Below are positions 41,612-51,312 of a DNA stretch of 64,000 nt, piece by piece. This DNA is from Patescibacteria group bacterium (GTDB lineage Bacteria; Patescibacteriota; JABMPQ01; JAQVVF01). The stretch lies in NCBI GenBank assembly GCA_041662665.1, contig JBAZSC010000003.1, positions 4,603-68,602 of the forward strand. The letters are read 5' to 3'. The number at the start of each line of letters is the position of its first letter. The stretch's first letter is position 1. Below the pieces are notes generated by a model. That model saw nothing but the letters and a program-made list of their open reading frames with translations. It ran no database searches and was not told the DNA's origin. The position numbers and the translations under genes were made by a program.

Positions 41612-42310
41612 ATGAAAGAACAATTTGGTGAAATAAGTCAAAAAGATATTATGGAATCAGGTGCTGAAAAGACACCTGGTTTAGAATTGGCAAAAACAAA
41701 AGAATTGGATGAAGTTGCAAGTCGAGCTGATGAAATTGCTGATGATTTAAAAAATGATCGAAATATAAAAGCTGAACAATTGATTGGATTAGAAGTGGCT
41801 TTGGGAAAATTGAAGGTTAATTTTGGCGCTGAAGGTGAGACTATGACAGTTGAAGAATTAAAAAAAGTTCCTGATGCAAAAGAAAATGCTAGACTTTATA
41901 GGATAATTGAAAATGCAGTTAAAGAAGGAAAGGCAATTGGGATGGAAGAAGTTACTTATCTTACTCCTGGTATAGCTAGAAAGTTAGTATCTGTTTTAGC
42001 GCCATATCAGATTGCGGATTTGTTAAATCTTAAAGTAATGACTGATGGAGTAGCTGAAGTTTTAGGTAAAGCAGAAAAAGTAAGTATAAGTTCAGCAGCA
42101 TTGGAAAAAATAACATGGAGACAATTGAATGCTTTGTTTGCAAAAACTAATACTGTTCATATGTGGGGTTTAGAAGTGGATAAAAATGATAGGAAATTAG
42201 CTAGAATTATTAATTTACATTCAGAACGAATGGTTATGAATGGTAGTCAAATTGATAAATTACATGAATTATTTCCAGATTTAAATTTTCGCGGACTTAT
42301 GGGCCATTAA
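41612..42310 (+). CDS. Hypothetical acidic protein, tandem paralog 2
   Basis: Shares GEISQKDIMESG, NFGAEGETMT.EELKKVPD, EVTYLTPG, MGH end. Confidence 0.75.
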   Translation: MKEQFGEISQKDIMESGAEKTPGLELAKTKELDEVASRADEIADDLKNDRNIKAEQLIGLEVALGKLKVNFGAEGETMTVEELKKVPDAKENARLYRIIENAVKEGKAIGMEEVTYLTPGIARKLVSVLAPYQIADLLNLKVMTDGVAEVLGKAEKVSISSAALEKITWRQLNALFAKTNTVHMWGLEVDKNDRKLARIINLHSERMVMNGSQIDKLHELFPDLNFRGLMGH

Positions 42311-42323
42311 TTAAAGTTTTATT

Positions 42324-43400
42324 ATGCAAAAATATATACTAGTTATAAATTCAGGTTCAACTTCTTTAAAATACAAATTATTTTTAGAGACTGATTTAAA
42401 GATGATTAGATCTGGATATATTGAACACATTGGTGAAAGTGAAATTAAAGATCATGAGCAAGCTTTTGGAATAGTTTTGGAAGAAATCAAAGATTATAAA
42501 AATGATATTGTAAAAATTGGACATCGAGTTGTGCATGGAGGAACTAAGTTTGTAGAGCCAACAAAGATTGATGAAAACGTTTTGAAAGAATTAGAAGAAG
42601 TAAGTAAATTAGCGCCATTACATAATCCAGCAAATTTAATGGGAATTAAGGCATCTATGAAATTATTGCCAAATGTTTTAAATGTTGCTGTTTTCGATAC
42701 TGCTTTTCATCAAAGTATTCCAGAAAAAGCGTGGAGATATGCGATTGATGATAAATATTTTAAACAATATGGAGTGAGGCGATATGGATTTCATGGGATA
42801 TCACATGAATATGTTTGTGGACAAGTTAAAAGTCAAAAGTCTAAAGTCAAAAGTAACAATTCAAAATTAAAAATAATCTCCTGCCATCTTGGTGGTGGAT
42901 GTTCGGTTTGTGCTATTTCTGATGGCAAATCTGTTGATACTTCGATGGGATTTACGCCACTTGAGGGATTGGTGATGATGAGCAGATGTGGTGATATTGA
43001 TCCAGCAATAGTGACATATTTGCAGAAAAAAGAAAATTTAAGCGTTGATCAAATTGAAGAAATTTTGAATTTTAAATCTGGAATTTTTGCATTATGTGGT
43101 GAGACAAATTGGTTGAAAGTTTTGGAACGTGTTAAAGTTAATGATAGATTAGCAAAAATGGCTTTTGATATTTTTGTTTATAGAATAAAAAAATATATTG
43201 GTAGTTATTACGCAATTTTAGGCGGACTTGATGTTTTGGTTTTTACTGGATCAATTGGATCTGGAGATGCTTTAACTCGAGAGGCTGTTTGTGACGGTTT
43301 GCCATTTTTGGAAAATGTTGAAGTGACGGCGATTAAGACGGATGAGGAAATGATGATCTCTAGGAAAATTCTAAGCACTAAATTCGTTAAAAGCTTCTAA
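42324..43400 (+). CDS. ackA: Acetate kinase
   Basis: INSGSTSLK, GHRVVHGG, LAPLHNP, FDTAFH, RYGFHG.SH, TSMGFTPLEG. Confidence 0.96.
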   Translation: MQKYILVINSGSTSLKYKLFLETDLKMIRSGYIEHIGESEIKDHEQAFGIVLEEIKDYKNDIVKIGHRVVHGGTKFVEPTKIDENVLKELEEVSKLAPLHNPANLMGIKASMKLLPNVLNVAVFDTAFHQSIPEKAWRYAIDDKYFKQYGVRRYGFHGISHEYVCGQVKSQKSKVKSNNSKLKIISCHLGGGCSVCAISDGKSVDTSMGFTPLEGLVMMSRCGDIDPAIVTYLQKKENLSVDQIEEILNFKSGIFALCGETNWLKVLERVKVNDRLAKMAFDIFVYRIKKYIGSYYAILGGLDVLVFTGSIGSGDALTREAVCDGLPFLENVEVTAIKTDEEMMISRKILSTKFVKSF

Positions 43401-43451
43401 GGTCGCTTTTAACTTCTAAGCAAATTCAAAGAACAAAAATATAAATATACG

Positions 43452-43551
43452 AAGAGGCTCAGCCTTTTATTTAAATTGTTGGTTTGTGTTTTTAATAAAG
43501 TTGATTTTAAATGTAATTGCTTAGTTTTTTTAATAAAAGGCTGAGCCTCTT
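43452..43551. repeat. 100-bp element with perfect 20-bp terminal inverted repeats
   Basis: AAGAGGCTCAGCCTTTTATT / AATAAAAGGCTGAGCCTCTT. Confidence 0.85.
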
Positions 43552-43557
43552 AAGATT

Positions 43558-45293
43558 ATGCAAAGACTTTGGCAGGTAAAACAAAAAATAAGTGAAGATT
43601 TTATTAATAAATTTCCAGAATTTGATTCTGTGATTTTGCAATTGTTATTTAATAGAGGAATTGATAATCAGAAAAAGATTGATGAATTTTTTAATCCAGA
43701 TTATTCAAAAAATTTATTTGATCCATTTTTATTGAAAGATATGGATCGAGCGGTTGAAAGAATTTTTAAGGCATTAAAGAATAAAGAAAGAGTTGGAATT
43801 TTTGGTGACTATGATGCTGATGGCGTAACATCATCTGTTTTATTAACAGAATTATTTAAAAAAATTGGTTTGGCTGGGCAAGTTTATATTCCTGATCGAG
43901 TCTCTGAAGGCTATGGAATGAATAAGAAAGCAATTGATTGGCTAGCAAAAAAAGATATTAAATTGATTGTCAGTTGTGATTGTGGTGTTTCAAACAAGGA
44001 AGAAATTGATTATGCAAAAGAAAAATATGGAATTGATTGCGTAATTACTGATCACCATCATGTTCCTATAGATTTTGATAAAAAATATATTGTTGTTGAC
44101 TCAAAAAGAAAGGGTGATAAATATCCATATAAAGAGTTGGCGGGTGTTGGCGTTGTTTTTAAGCTGGCTCAGGCATTGATCACTCGAATTAATTTTCGAA
44201 TAAAAGCGAATGAATTTTCGAATGTTAAACTTGAAAATGGTTGGGAAAAGAGTTTGCTTGATTTAGTGACGATTGGCACGATTGCGGATTGTTCGCCGAT
44301 TATTTCGGAGAATAGAACATTGGTGAAATATGGATTAAATATTATAAAAGAGACTGAAAGAATTGGTTTGCAAAGTTTGATGCAAGTAGCTTGCGTTGAT
44401 CCAAAATTAATTAATAGCGACAGAATCGGTTTTGCAATTGCGCCAAGAATTAATTCAGCTGGCAGAATGGATCATGCTTCGGCATCGTATAAACTTTTGA
44501 TTACAGAAGATTTGGAAAAAGCAGTTTGGTTGTCTAAAAAAATCGATAAGACAAATTCAAGCCGGCAATCTTTGACAAGTAAATTAGTTGATGAGGCAAA
44601 AAAGAAAATTGGCGATGTCAAAGATCAAAAAGTATTAATGGCATCTGGTGGAAATGGCCTTTGGGCGTTGTAGGTATTGTGGCTGGCAGGATTTGTGAAG
44701 AATATAATCGGCCAACTTTGATTTGTGGTAAGGGCTTGATTGAATCTGTTGGATCAGCTAGAAGTATTCCTGCTTTTGATATTATTGACGCTATTTCTTC
44801 TTGTAAAAATTTGTTATTAGAATATGGCGGACATAAACAAGCAGCTGGCTTTTCTTTGAAAAATGAAAATTTTGAAAAATTTCATAAAAAATTAGAAAAA
44901 ATTGCAACAGAAAAAATAGATGAAAAAGATTTACAGCCAGTAATTGAAATTGACAGCGAAGTTGATTTTAAAGATGTGAATTGGAATTTGTATGAAAGAT
45001 TATTAGATTTTGAACCTCATGGAATTGGAAATCGAAAGCCGGTTTTTTTGGCAAAAGATATTCAAGTTATTAATGCTTATCCTGTTGGCAAAACAAAAAA
45101 GCATTTAAAAATGAAAATTAAGTCTAATTCCGATAGTCGGATTTTTGATGTGATTGGTTTTAATCATGGACATAGAGTAGAGGAGTTAAATAAAAAAGGT
45201 AAAATGGATATTGTTTTTAATTTGGATTGTAATGAATGGAATGGAGAAAAGATTTTGCAGTTGAGACTTGTTGATTTTAGGATTTCACTCTAA
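43558..45293 (+). pseudogene. recJ: ssDNA exonuclease RecJ, split by a 1-nt frameshift near 44654 (real or assembly error)
   Basis: GDYDADG, TDHH, PRINSAGR in ORF1; WPLGVVGIVAGR, GSARS, GGHKQAAG, FEPHGIGN in the -1 frame. Confidence 0.85.
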
Positions 45294-45441
45294 TAAATTT
45301 TCGAATAAAAGCGAATTCATTAAAAAATTTCTATTCAAAATTTTTTAATTCGAATGATGTTCCGATAACTTTTTGTGGATAATATTTTATTCTAGATATG
45401 GTATACTTAGATTATCTAAAATTGGTATAATTAAAACAAAT

Positions 45442-47856
45442 ATGTATTTTTTTAATACAAAAATAAACAAAAAAGTACGAGGGGGGGGGCTTAATGGAAA
45501 GGTAAAATTTTTTAGTATTTCAAAATACAAGATTCTTTTGAGTCTTTTTTTTGTTTTGGGGGTTTGTTTTTGTTTTGGTAAAATAACGTTTGCTTATCCA
45601 CCCTATACACCAAATTCTGATTTAGTTGTTGTGGGTCCTTATGATACTGCACCAACAAGTGGAGTAAAAAATATAGGTGATGGAGTAGGCGATGGAGTTG
45701 CTAAACGTTATTGGTTAAACGGCGGTCAAAAATACAGAATTCGGCAGAATGGAACCATTAGTAAAGCTAAGGTCTGGGTACCAAACTCTAATGGAACATT
45801 TACTTTTTTTCAAATTCAAATATGGAGACCAAATGGAACAAATTTTGATTTAGTAGGAGAATCGGAAAATTTTTATTCTTCAATTACAAAAAATCAAGTT
45901 AATGAGATCACTTTATCTTCTCCTATCTCCAATGTTCAAGAAGGAGATTATTATGGAATTGTAATTTCGATGAATGGTGATACTGGGTCAATGTATGCAA
46001 GAAGTGGTTTGACCGGAGTCAATCTATACTATACTTCGACGACGCCTAGTGATACTAATTATAATTGGTTGGCAAATTCTAAACTATCAGGATATGCTAT
46101 TCCACTAGAATTATATATGCAAGCGCCACAGGGTGTTTTTATCGGTGATTCTATTGTGGCTGGTCATCCTGCTAATTATAGTTTCTTAGAAACTACAGCA
46201 ACAACAGATATTAGTTCTACTATTGAGAAACAATTTAGTAATCTTACAGGATATACTTATCAAAATATGGGTATTGGTTCACAGACAACTTCTAACATAT
46301 CTGCTCGTTTTACCAATGATGCATTAAATTTAAAACCTAGATTTATAGTAGTTGAAGGAGGAGTAAATGATTTAGCTGGAAGTGTAGATAAGTCTGTTTT
46401 TATTGCAAATTGGACGAGCATGTTGGATGCGGTACAAGCAGATGATGATATAACAACAATAATAATTTTGAAAATCTTACCTTGGACAGATGGAACAAAT
46501 ATTCAAATGCAAACTAGAGATGATTGGAACGCATCATTAGTTACTTTGTCATCAGGATATTCAAAGGCTATAGTTGTTGATGCGAGTACTTATGTGGGGC
46601 AGTTTCGTGCAGGTGGTGATGTTGGAAATCTTTGGGATATACAACTCGCTTATGATGAGTCGGGAGTACATTTTAATCAAGCAGGAAATTCTCAAATAGC
46701 ACAAGCAATTGCCGATGCATTAGATAGTGATGCTCCAGTTACAACTGCTCTTCCATTAGGGGGAATATATAACAGTTTTAAAACAGTAACTTTATCTTGT
46801 GATGATGGTAGCGGACAAGGATGTAATAAAACATATTACACAATTGACGGGACAGATCCAACTACAAGCTCACCTGAATATACTGTTCCTCTAGATATTT
46901 CTTCTAATACTACTTTAAAATTCTTTTCAGTTGATGTTGTTGATAACCAAGAATCAGTAAAAACAGAAGTTTATGTTATTGACACAGAATCACCAGTAAC
47001 AACTGCTACTCCAGCTGGTGGAACATACGATAGCGTTCAAGTAGTTACTTTGACAACAGATGAAGCAGCAACAACATATTACACATTAGATGGCACAGAT
47101 CCAACAATTTTATCGTTAGTCTATTCTTTGCCAATCACAATTTCTGAAACATCAGTTCTTAAATTTTTTTCAGTTGATAATGTTGGAAATTCCGAAAGTG
47201 TAAAAACTGAAGAATATATTATTAATACTGAAGCTCCATTTATTCCTTTCATTGAAAAACTTAATTTAGAAAACGTAATTCTAAATCAAACCTATCAAAG
47301 TCAACAAAACAATGCAGATCTTCTTTTCTATCTTCTTCCTAAACAAAAAGTAATCAAAGATCTATATATTAAATTAATCAGAAACAAGAAGAAACACCTT
47401 AATGGTTTTACAAAAAAGAATAGTTATCCAGGTTATTTAAAACTATTATCAAATATTGGTACAGTAAAAAAAGCTTATCAAAAAAATGTTAATAAGCATA
47501 TTAATTTTAGAGTCTCTGTTAGATATTCTAAAACAAAATTAAACAAGACTAACATCAAAGAAAAGAATCTAAGATTATTTATTAAAGATCGAGATGGTAT
47601 TTGGCGAGGACCATACAGAATTTATCAAAACAAAACAACTCATACTCTAAAATTTAAGATTAGAAATTATTTAGTTAGACAACCGAAAAATCCTGTTCCA
47701 AATCCACTTGATGTCAAAACAAAAAATAGACCATTTGCGCCATCATTTTACTTTAGAACTTTGAAAAAGATTAAATTCGTAATTGCAGAGAAAAATACAT
47801 TATCTAAATTAACAAATTCTGAAACATCGGATAGCCAAGATTTTGATTTTGAATAA
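45442..47856 (+). CDS. Secreted/surface protein: SGNH/GDSL hydrolase, two FN3-associated (chitobiase-like) repeats, basic C-terminal domain
   Basis: FIGDSI, GGVND, D.SGVH; YYTxDGTDPT twice; start reassigned to ATG 45442. Confidence 0.85.
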   Translation: MYFFNTKINKKVRGGGLNGKVKFFSISKYKILLSLFFVLGVCFCFGKITFAYPPYTPNSDLVVVGPYDTAPTSGVKNIGDGVGDGVAKRYWLNGGQKYRIRQNGTISKAKVWVPNSNGTFTFFQIQIWRPNGTNFDLVGESENFYSSITKNQVNEITLSSPISNVQEGDYYGIVISMNGDTGSMYARSGLTGVNLYYTSTTPSDTNYNWLANSKLSGYAIPLELYMQAPQGVFIGDSIVAGHPANYSFLETTATTDISSTIEKQFSNLTGYTYQNMGIGSQTTSNISARFTNDALNLKPRFIVVEGGVNDLAGSVDKSVFIANWTSMLDAVQADDDITTIIILKILPWTDGTNIQMQTRDDWNASLVTLSSGYSKAIVVDASTYVGQFRAGGDVGNLWDIQLAYDESGVHFNQAGNSQIAQAIADALDSDAPVTTALPLGGIYNSFKTVTLSCDDGSGQGCNKTYYTIDGTDPTTSSPEYTVPLDISSNTTLKFFSVDVVDNQESVKTEVYVIDTESPVTTATPAGGTYDSVQVVTLTTDEAATTYYTLDGTDPTILSLVYSLPITISETSVLKFFSVDNVGNSESVKTEEYIINTEAPFIPFIEKLNLENVILNQTYQSQQNNADLLFYLLPKQKVIKDLYIKLIRNKKKHLNGFTKKNSYPGYLKLLSNIGTVKKAYQKNVNKHINFRVSVRYSKTKLNKTNIKEKNLRLFIKDRDGIWRGPYRIYQNKTTHTLKFKIRNYLVRQPKNPVPNPLDVKTKNRPFAPSFYFRTLKKIKFVIAEKNTLSKLTNSETSDSQDFDFE

Positions 47857-47871
47857 GAAATTAAGAATACT

Positions 47872-47902
47872 AAAACAGGCTAAAAAAATAGTCTGTTTTT
47901 TT
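47872..47902 (+). terminator. Rho-independent terminator
   Basis: AAAACAGGCTA/TAGTCTGTTTT stem plus T run. Confidence 0.65.
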
Positions 47903-47975
47903 ATTGTTAAAATTGTTAAATTGTTTTATTGTTGATATATAGGAATATTTTTTGTGAATTATTTATTAAAATAAA

Positions 47976-48457
47976 ATGTTAACTAAAACAGATCTAAAAT
48001 CAATAGCTGGCTTGATAAATAAAAGCGCTAATGGTTTGGAAAAAAGACTAGATAAAAAGATTAATAATTTAGACAAAAAATTTGATAAAAAGTTTGATTC
48101 TTTTGCAATTATGGTTCAAAAAGGTTTTGAACATGTTGATAAAAGATTTGAAAACATCGAGCAAGATATTTCAGTAATGAAAACAAGTATTTCAAAAATA
48201 GAGACAGATGTTTCTGAAATGAAAATAAGACTTTCAAAAATAGAGACAGATATTTCTGAAATGAAAGAAGATATCGAATATTTGAAGCAAAAATTGATTG
48301 TAGTTGAAGAAAAATTGATTATTTAGAACAAAAAATTGGTGGATTATCAAAAGTTGAACAAGAAGATGTTGATGTTTTGGCTGTTGATTTAGAAAAATTA
48401 AAAGTTAAAGTACAAGATTTAAAAGTGCAGGTTCAAAATCAAAAAACATTAAGTTAA
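47976..48457 (+). CDS. Coiled-coil protein with apparent -1 frameshift at an A5 run (48310-48314)
   Basis: Heptad repeats ISKIETD/LSKIETD; heptads continue as IDYLEQKIGG...QKTLS* in the -1 frame. Confidence 0.65.
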
Positions 48458-48469
48458 TTATATTTTTTT

Positions 48470-48913
48470 ATGGCAACAACAGATTATATTGATAGTAAGA
48501 AAACTAAAGAATTAGATATTTATACTGATGGCGGATCCAGAGGAAATCCTGGCAATGCAGCAATTGGAGTGGTGATTTATAATTCTGATGGTTTGGCAGT
48601 TGAAAAAGTTTCTGAATATATTGGTGAAGCAACAAATAATCAAGCGGAATATAATGCGTTGATTGTTGGTTTGCAAGAAGCGCAGAATTATAAAGCAAAA
48701 TCTGTTCATTGTTATTTGGATAGTGAATTAGTTGTAAAACAGATGAAAGGACAGTACAAAGTTAAGAATGAAAATATGAAACCTTTATTTACAGTTGTCC
48801 AAGGATTAATTAAAAATTTTGAAAGTGTGAAATTTACGCATATTCCTCGCGAGAAAAATAAAGAAGCGGATCGTCTTGTTAATTTGGCATTGGATAAAGC
48901 AAAAAAAAGTTAG
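48470..48913 (+). CDS. rnhA: Ribonuclease HI family protein
   Basis: YTDGGSRGNPG, TNNQAEY, DSELVVKQ, HIPREKN.EAD. Confidence 0.93.
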   Translation: MATTDYIDSKKTKELDIYTDGGSRGNPGNAAIGVVIYNSDGLAVEKVSEYIGEATNNQAEYNALIVGLQEAQNYKAKSVHCYLDSELVVKQMKGQYKVKNENMKPLFTVVQGLIKNFESVKFTHIPREKNKEADRLVNLALDKAKKS

Positions 48914-49016
48914 ACTAGTTAGATTTGTTAGACTGGTTAACAATCTGAAATCTGACATTGCTAAATTGTTTCATTGTTAAATTGTTTTTTGGCTTATTTG
49001 AGCTTATATAAATACA

Positions 49017-49045
49017 TTGACAAAAATGTATTTTTTTGTTATGTT
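49017..49045 (+). promoter_or_regulatory. Promoter of rnpB
   Basis: TTGACA-17 bp-TATGTT with extended TG, just upstream of P1. Confidence 0.6.
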
Positions 49046-49048
49046 GAT

Positions 49049-49619
49049 ATGACTCAAGTAAGTTGAGTGATTGCTCTGTACATGGTTTGCAAAAATTATG
49101 TGCGGAGAGGAAAGTCCGGGCATCATTTGGAGGTTGGATGTGAGAAATGGGAAATGGGAAAAGAAAAATTCTCATTTTCTCATATCCCATATCCAACTTC
49201 CAATTTCGTGGTAGTTCCGAAATGGAACCAAGTATAAGAAATTGCTAACTGCTAATAGTTTATAGCTAATAGTTGATAGTTGTTTCGAAGCTAGGACCAG
49301 TGCCACAGAGACGTAAACTACCGGGGAACTAGTAACTAGGAAACTAGTAATTAGGGAACTGGAAAAGGTGAAAAGAGTGGTGTAAAAGACCACAGATTGT
49401 CATGGTGACATGGCAATGGGGTAAACTCTACCTGATGCAACCCAATATAAACTGGGGCATGAATTGTCAAGCAATTGACAATCCAGAGAGATAATCACTG
49501 AATCTCTAATTTGCACTAATTTAGCACAAATAGCACGAATAACTATTTGTGAAATTCGTGATAAATTTGTGCCTATTAGAGATTCTACAGAACCTGGCTT
49601 ATAGACTTACTTGAGTCAT
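49049..49619 (+). ncRNA. rnpB: RNase P RNA, enlarged (about 570 nt)
   Basis: Terminal helix ATGACTCAAGTAAGT/ACTTACTTGAGTCAT; GAGGAAAGTCCGGGC (49107), AGTGCCACAGA, GGTAAAC..GCAA, ACAGAACCTGGCTTAT (49587). Confidence 0.93.
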
Positions 49620-49624
49620 TTTAA

Positions 49625-49658
49625 TCTGCCTACGTCTTGAGGGACTTCGGTAGACAAG
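49625..49658 (+). repeat. GC-rich REP-like element (CCTWCG...CTTCGG family)
   Basis: TCTGCCTACGTCTTGAGGGACTTCGGTAGACAAG. Confidence 0.8.
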
Positions 49659-49783
49659 AAGTTATAAACAACCCAACATGTTTTGTTGAGTTTTTTTTAT
49701 TTTTGGGTTAGAATAATGTTAGTAAACAGGAAACAGAAAACAGTATTTTCTATTTTCTATTTTTCATTAACTATTTTCTATAA

Positions 49784-51169
49784 ATGAAACGATCTGAATT
49801 ATTTTTTACTGCGGCATTAGTACCACTTGACTTTTTAATGTTATTATTGGCTGCTGTTTCAGCTTATTTTTTGAGATTCACTTCTTACTTTGTAGATCTT
49901 CGAGAAGTAAAATTTGATATGCCGTTTGCAAAATTTATAGTATTTGTTTCTATTATTGCTTTGGCTTGGTTAATAATTTTTGCCTTTTTGGGATTATATG
50001 ATGTAAAAAAGAAAAGAAGATTTGTTGATGATTTATATTTAGTTTTTGTTGCAGTTTCAACTGGCATGGCAGCAATATTTGCATATTTGTTTTTTTCACA
50101 AGAATTATTTGGGTCGCGTTTCATTGTTTTATTTGTATGGTTGTTCAGTATTGTCTATGTTGTTATTGCAAGACAATTTGTAAAAATTTTTCAAAAATGG
50201 CTTTATAGATTCAACATTGGCGTTCATCGAGTAGTTTTAGTTGGTCTTAATTCAATCAGTCAAAGCATAGTTAAATATTTAACCGAAAAAAAATATTCTG
50301 GCTATAAAGTGGTGGCAAGAATAAAAAGTTTTGATGAAACAGTTGAAGGAACATTGGAAAGAATTTCTCAACGAAAAGGCATTGATGAAATTATTCAGAT
50401 AGATCCAAAATTACCAAAAGGCCAAGTATTATCTTTGATTGATTTTGCTGATGAAAGAAAAATTGATTTTAAATATGCTCCAGATCTTTTTGGAACTCAA
50501 GCAACGAATATTGATGTTGAAACTTTTTATGGCGTACCGATTGTATATTTAAGGAGAACTCCTTTGGATGGATGGGGTAGAATTATAAAAAGAATAATTG
50601 ATTTTATTTTAGCATTAATTTTATTGATTATTTTATCGCCAATATTTTTTTTAGTCGCATTAATTATAAAAATTGATTCACGAGGTCCAGTGTTTGTGAG
50701 ATTGAAGCGTGTTAAAAAAGATGGAGAATTCTATATTTTTAAATTCAGGTCAATGGTTAAAAATGCGCATAAAATGAAAAAGGAATTATTAAAATATAGT
50801 GATAGAAAGGGTCCATTATTTAAGATGAAGGATGATCCTCGAGTTACCAGGGTTGGCAGAATTTTGAGAAAAACAAGAATTGATGAATTACCGCAATTGA
50901 TGAATGTTGTTTGCAATGAAATGAGCTTAATCGGTCCAAGACCGCATGAGCCACAAGAGGTTGAAAAATATACAAAACATCAAAGAAGAGTTTTGGAAAT
51001 AAAACCTGGAATGACTGGAATGGCTCAAGTTTCTGGAGCTTCAGATCTTAGTTTTAATGAAGAAGTTAGATTAGATACTTATTATATTGAAGATTGGTCA
51101 TTGTTATTAGATTTACAGATTTTTTTAAAAACAATTATTATTGTTATAACAATGCATGGAGCAGCGTAG
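49784..51169 (+). CDS. Polyprenyl-phosphate sugar phosphotransferase (WcaJ/WbaP family)
   Basis: N-terminal TMs; KFRSM, DDPRVT, DELPQL, MSLIGPRP, KPGMTG.AQ. Confidence 0.93.
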   Translation: MKRSELFFTAALVPLDFLMLLLAAVSAYFLRFTSYFVDLREVKFDMPFAKFIVFVSIIALAWLIIFAFLGLYDVKKKRRFVDDLYLVFVAVSTGMAAIFAYLFFSQELFGSRFIVLFVWLFSIVYVVIARQFVKIFQKWLYRFNIGVHRVVLVGLNSISQSIVKYLTEKKYSGYKVVARIKSFDETVEGTLERISQRKGIDEIIQIDPKLPKGQVLSLIDFADERKIDFKYAPDLFGTQATNIDVETFYGVPIVYLRRTPLDGWGRIIKRIIDFILALILLIILSPIFFLVALIIKIDSRGPVFVRLKRVKKDGEFYIFKFRSMVKNAHKMKKELLKYSDRKGPLFKMKDDPRVTRVGRILRKTRIDELPQLMNVVCNEMSLIGPRPHEPQEVEKYTKHQRRVLEIKPGMTGMAQVSGASDLSFNEEVRLDTYYIEDWSLLLDLQIFLKTIIIVITMHGAA

Positions 51170-51171
51170 TG

Positions 51172-51307
51172 CGAAATCCTGAATTCTAAATCCTAAACTC
51201 TAAACAAATCAAAAATCCAAATATTAAAATTCAAAGAGTTGGGTTTTGAAATTTAGGTTTTATGTTTTGAATTTATTTAGAATTTAGAGTTTAGAAATTA
51301 GAATTTT
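51172..51307. repeat. Heptamer (CTAAATY) inverted-repeat element
   Basis: (TCTAAAT)n..AAACAAAT ... ATTTATTTAG(AATTTAG)n. Confidence 0.8.
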
Positions 51308-51312
51308 AATTT

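Noticed and set aside
48915-49393. Minus-strand ORFs 48915-49196 and 49172-49393
   Set aside because: Antisense to rnpB and composed of repeat translations
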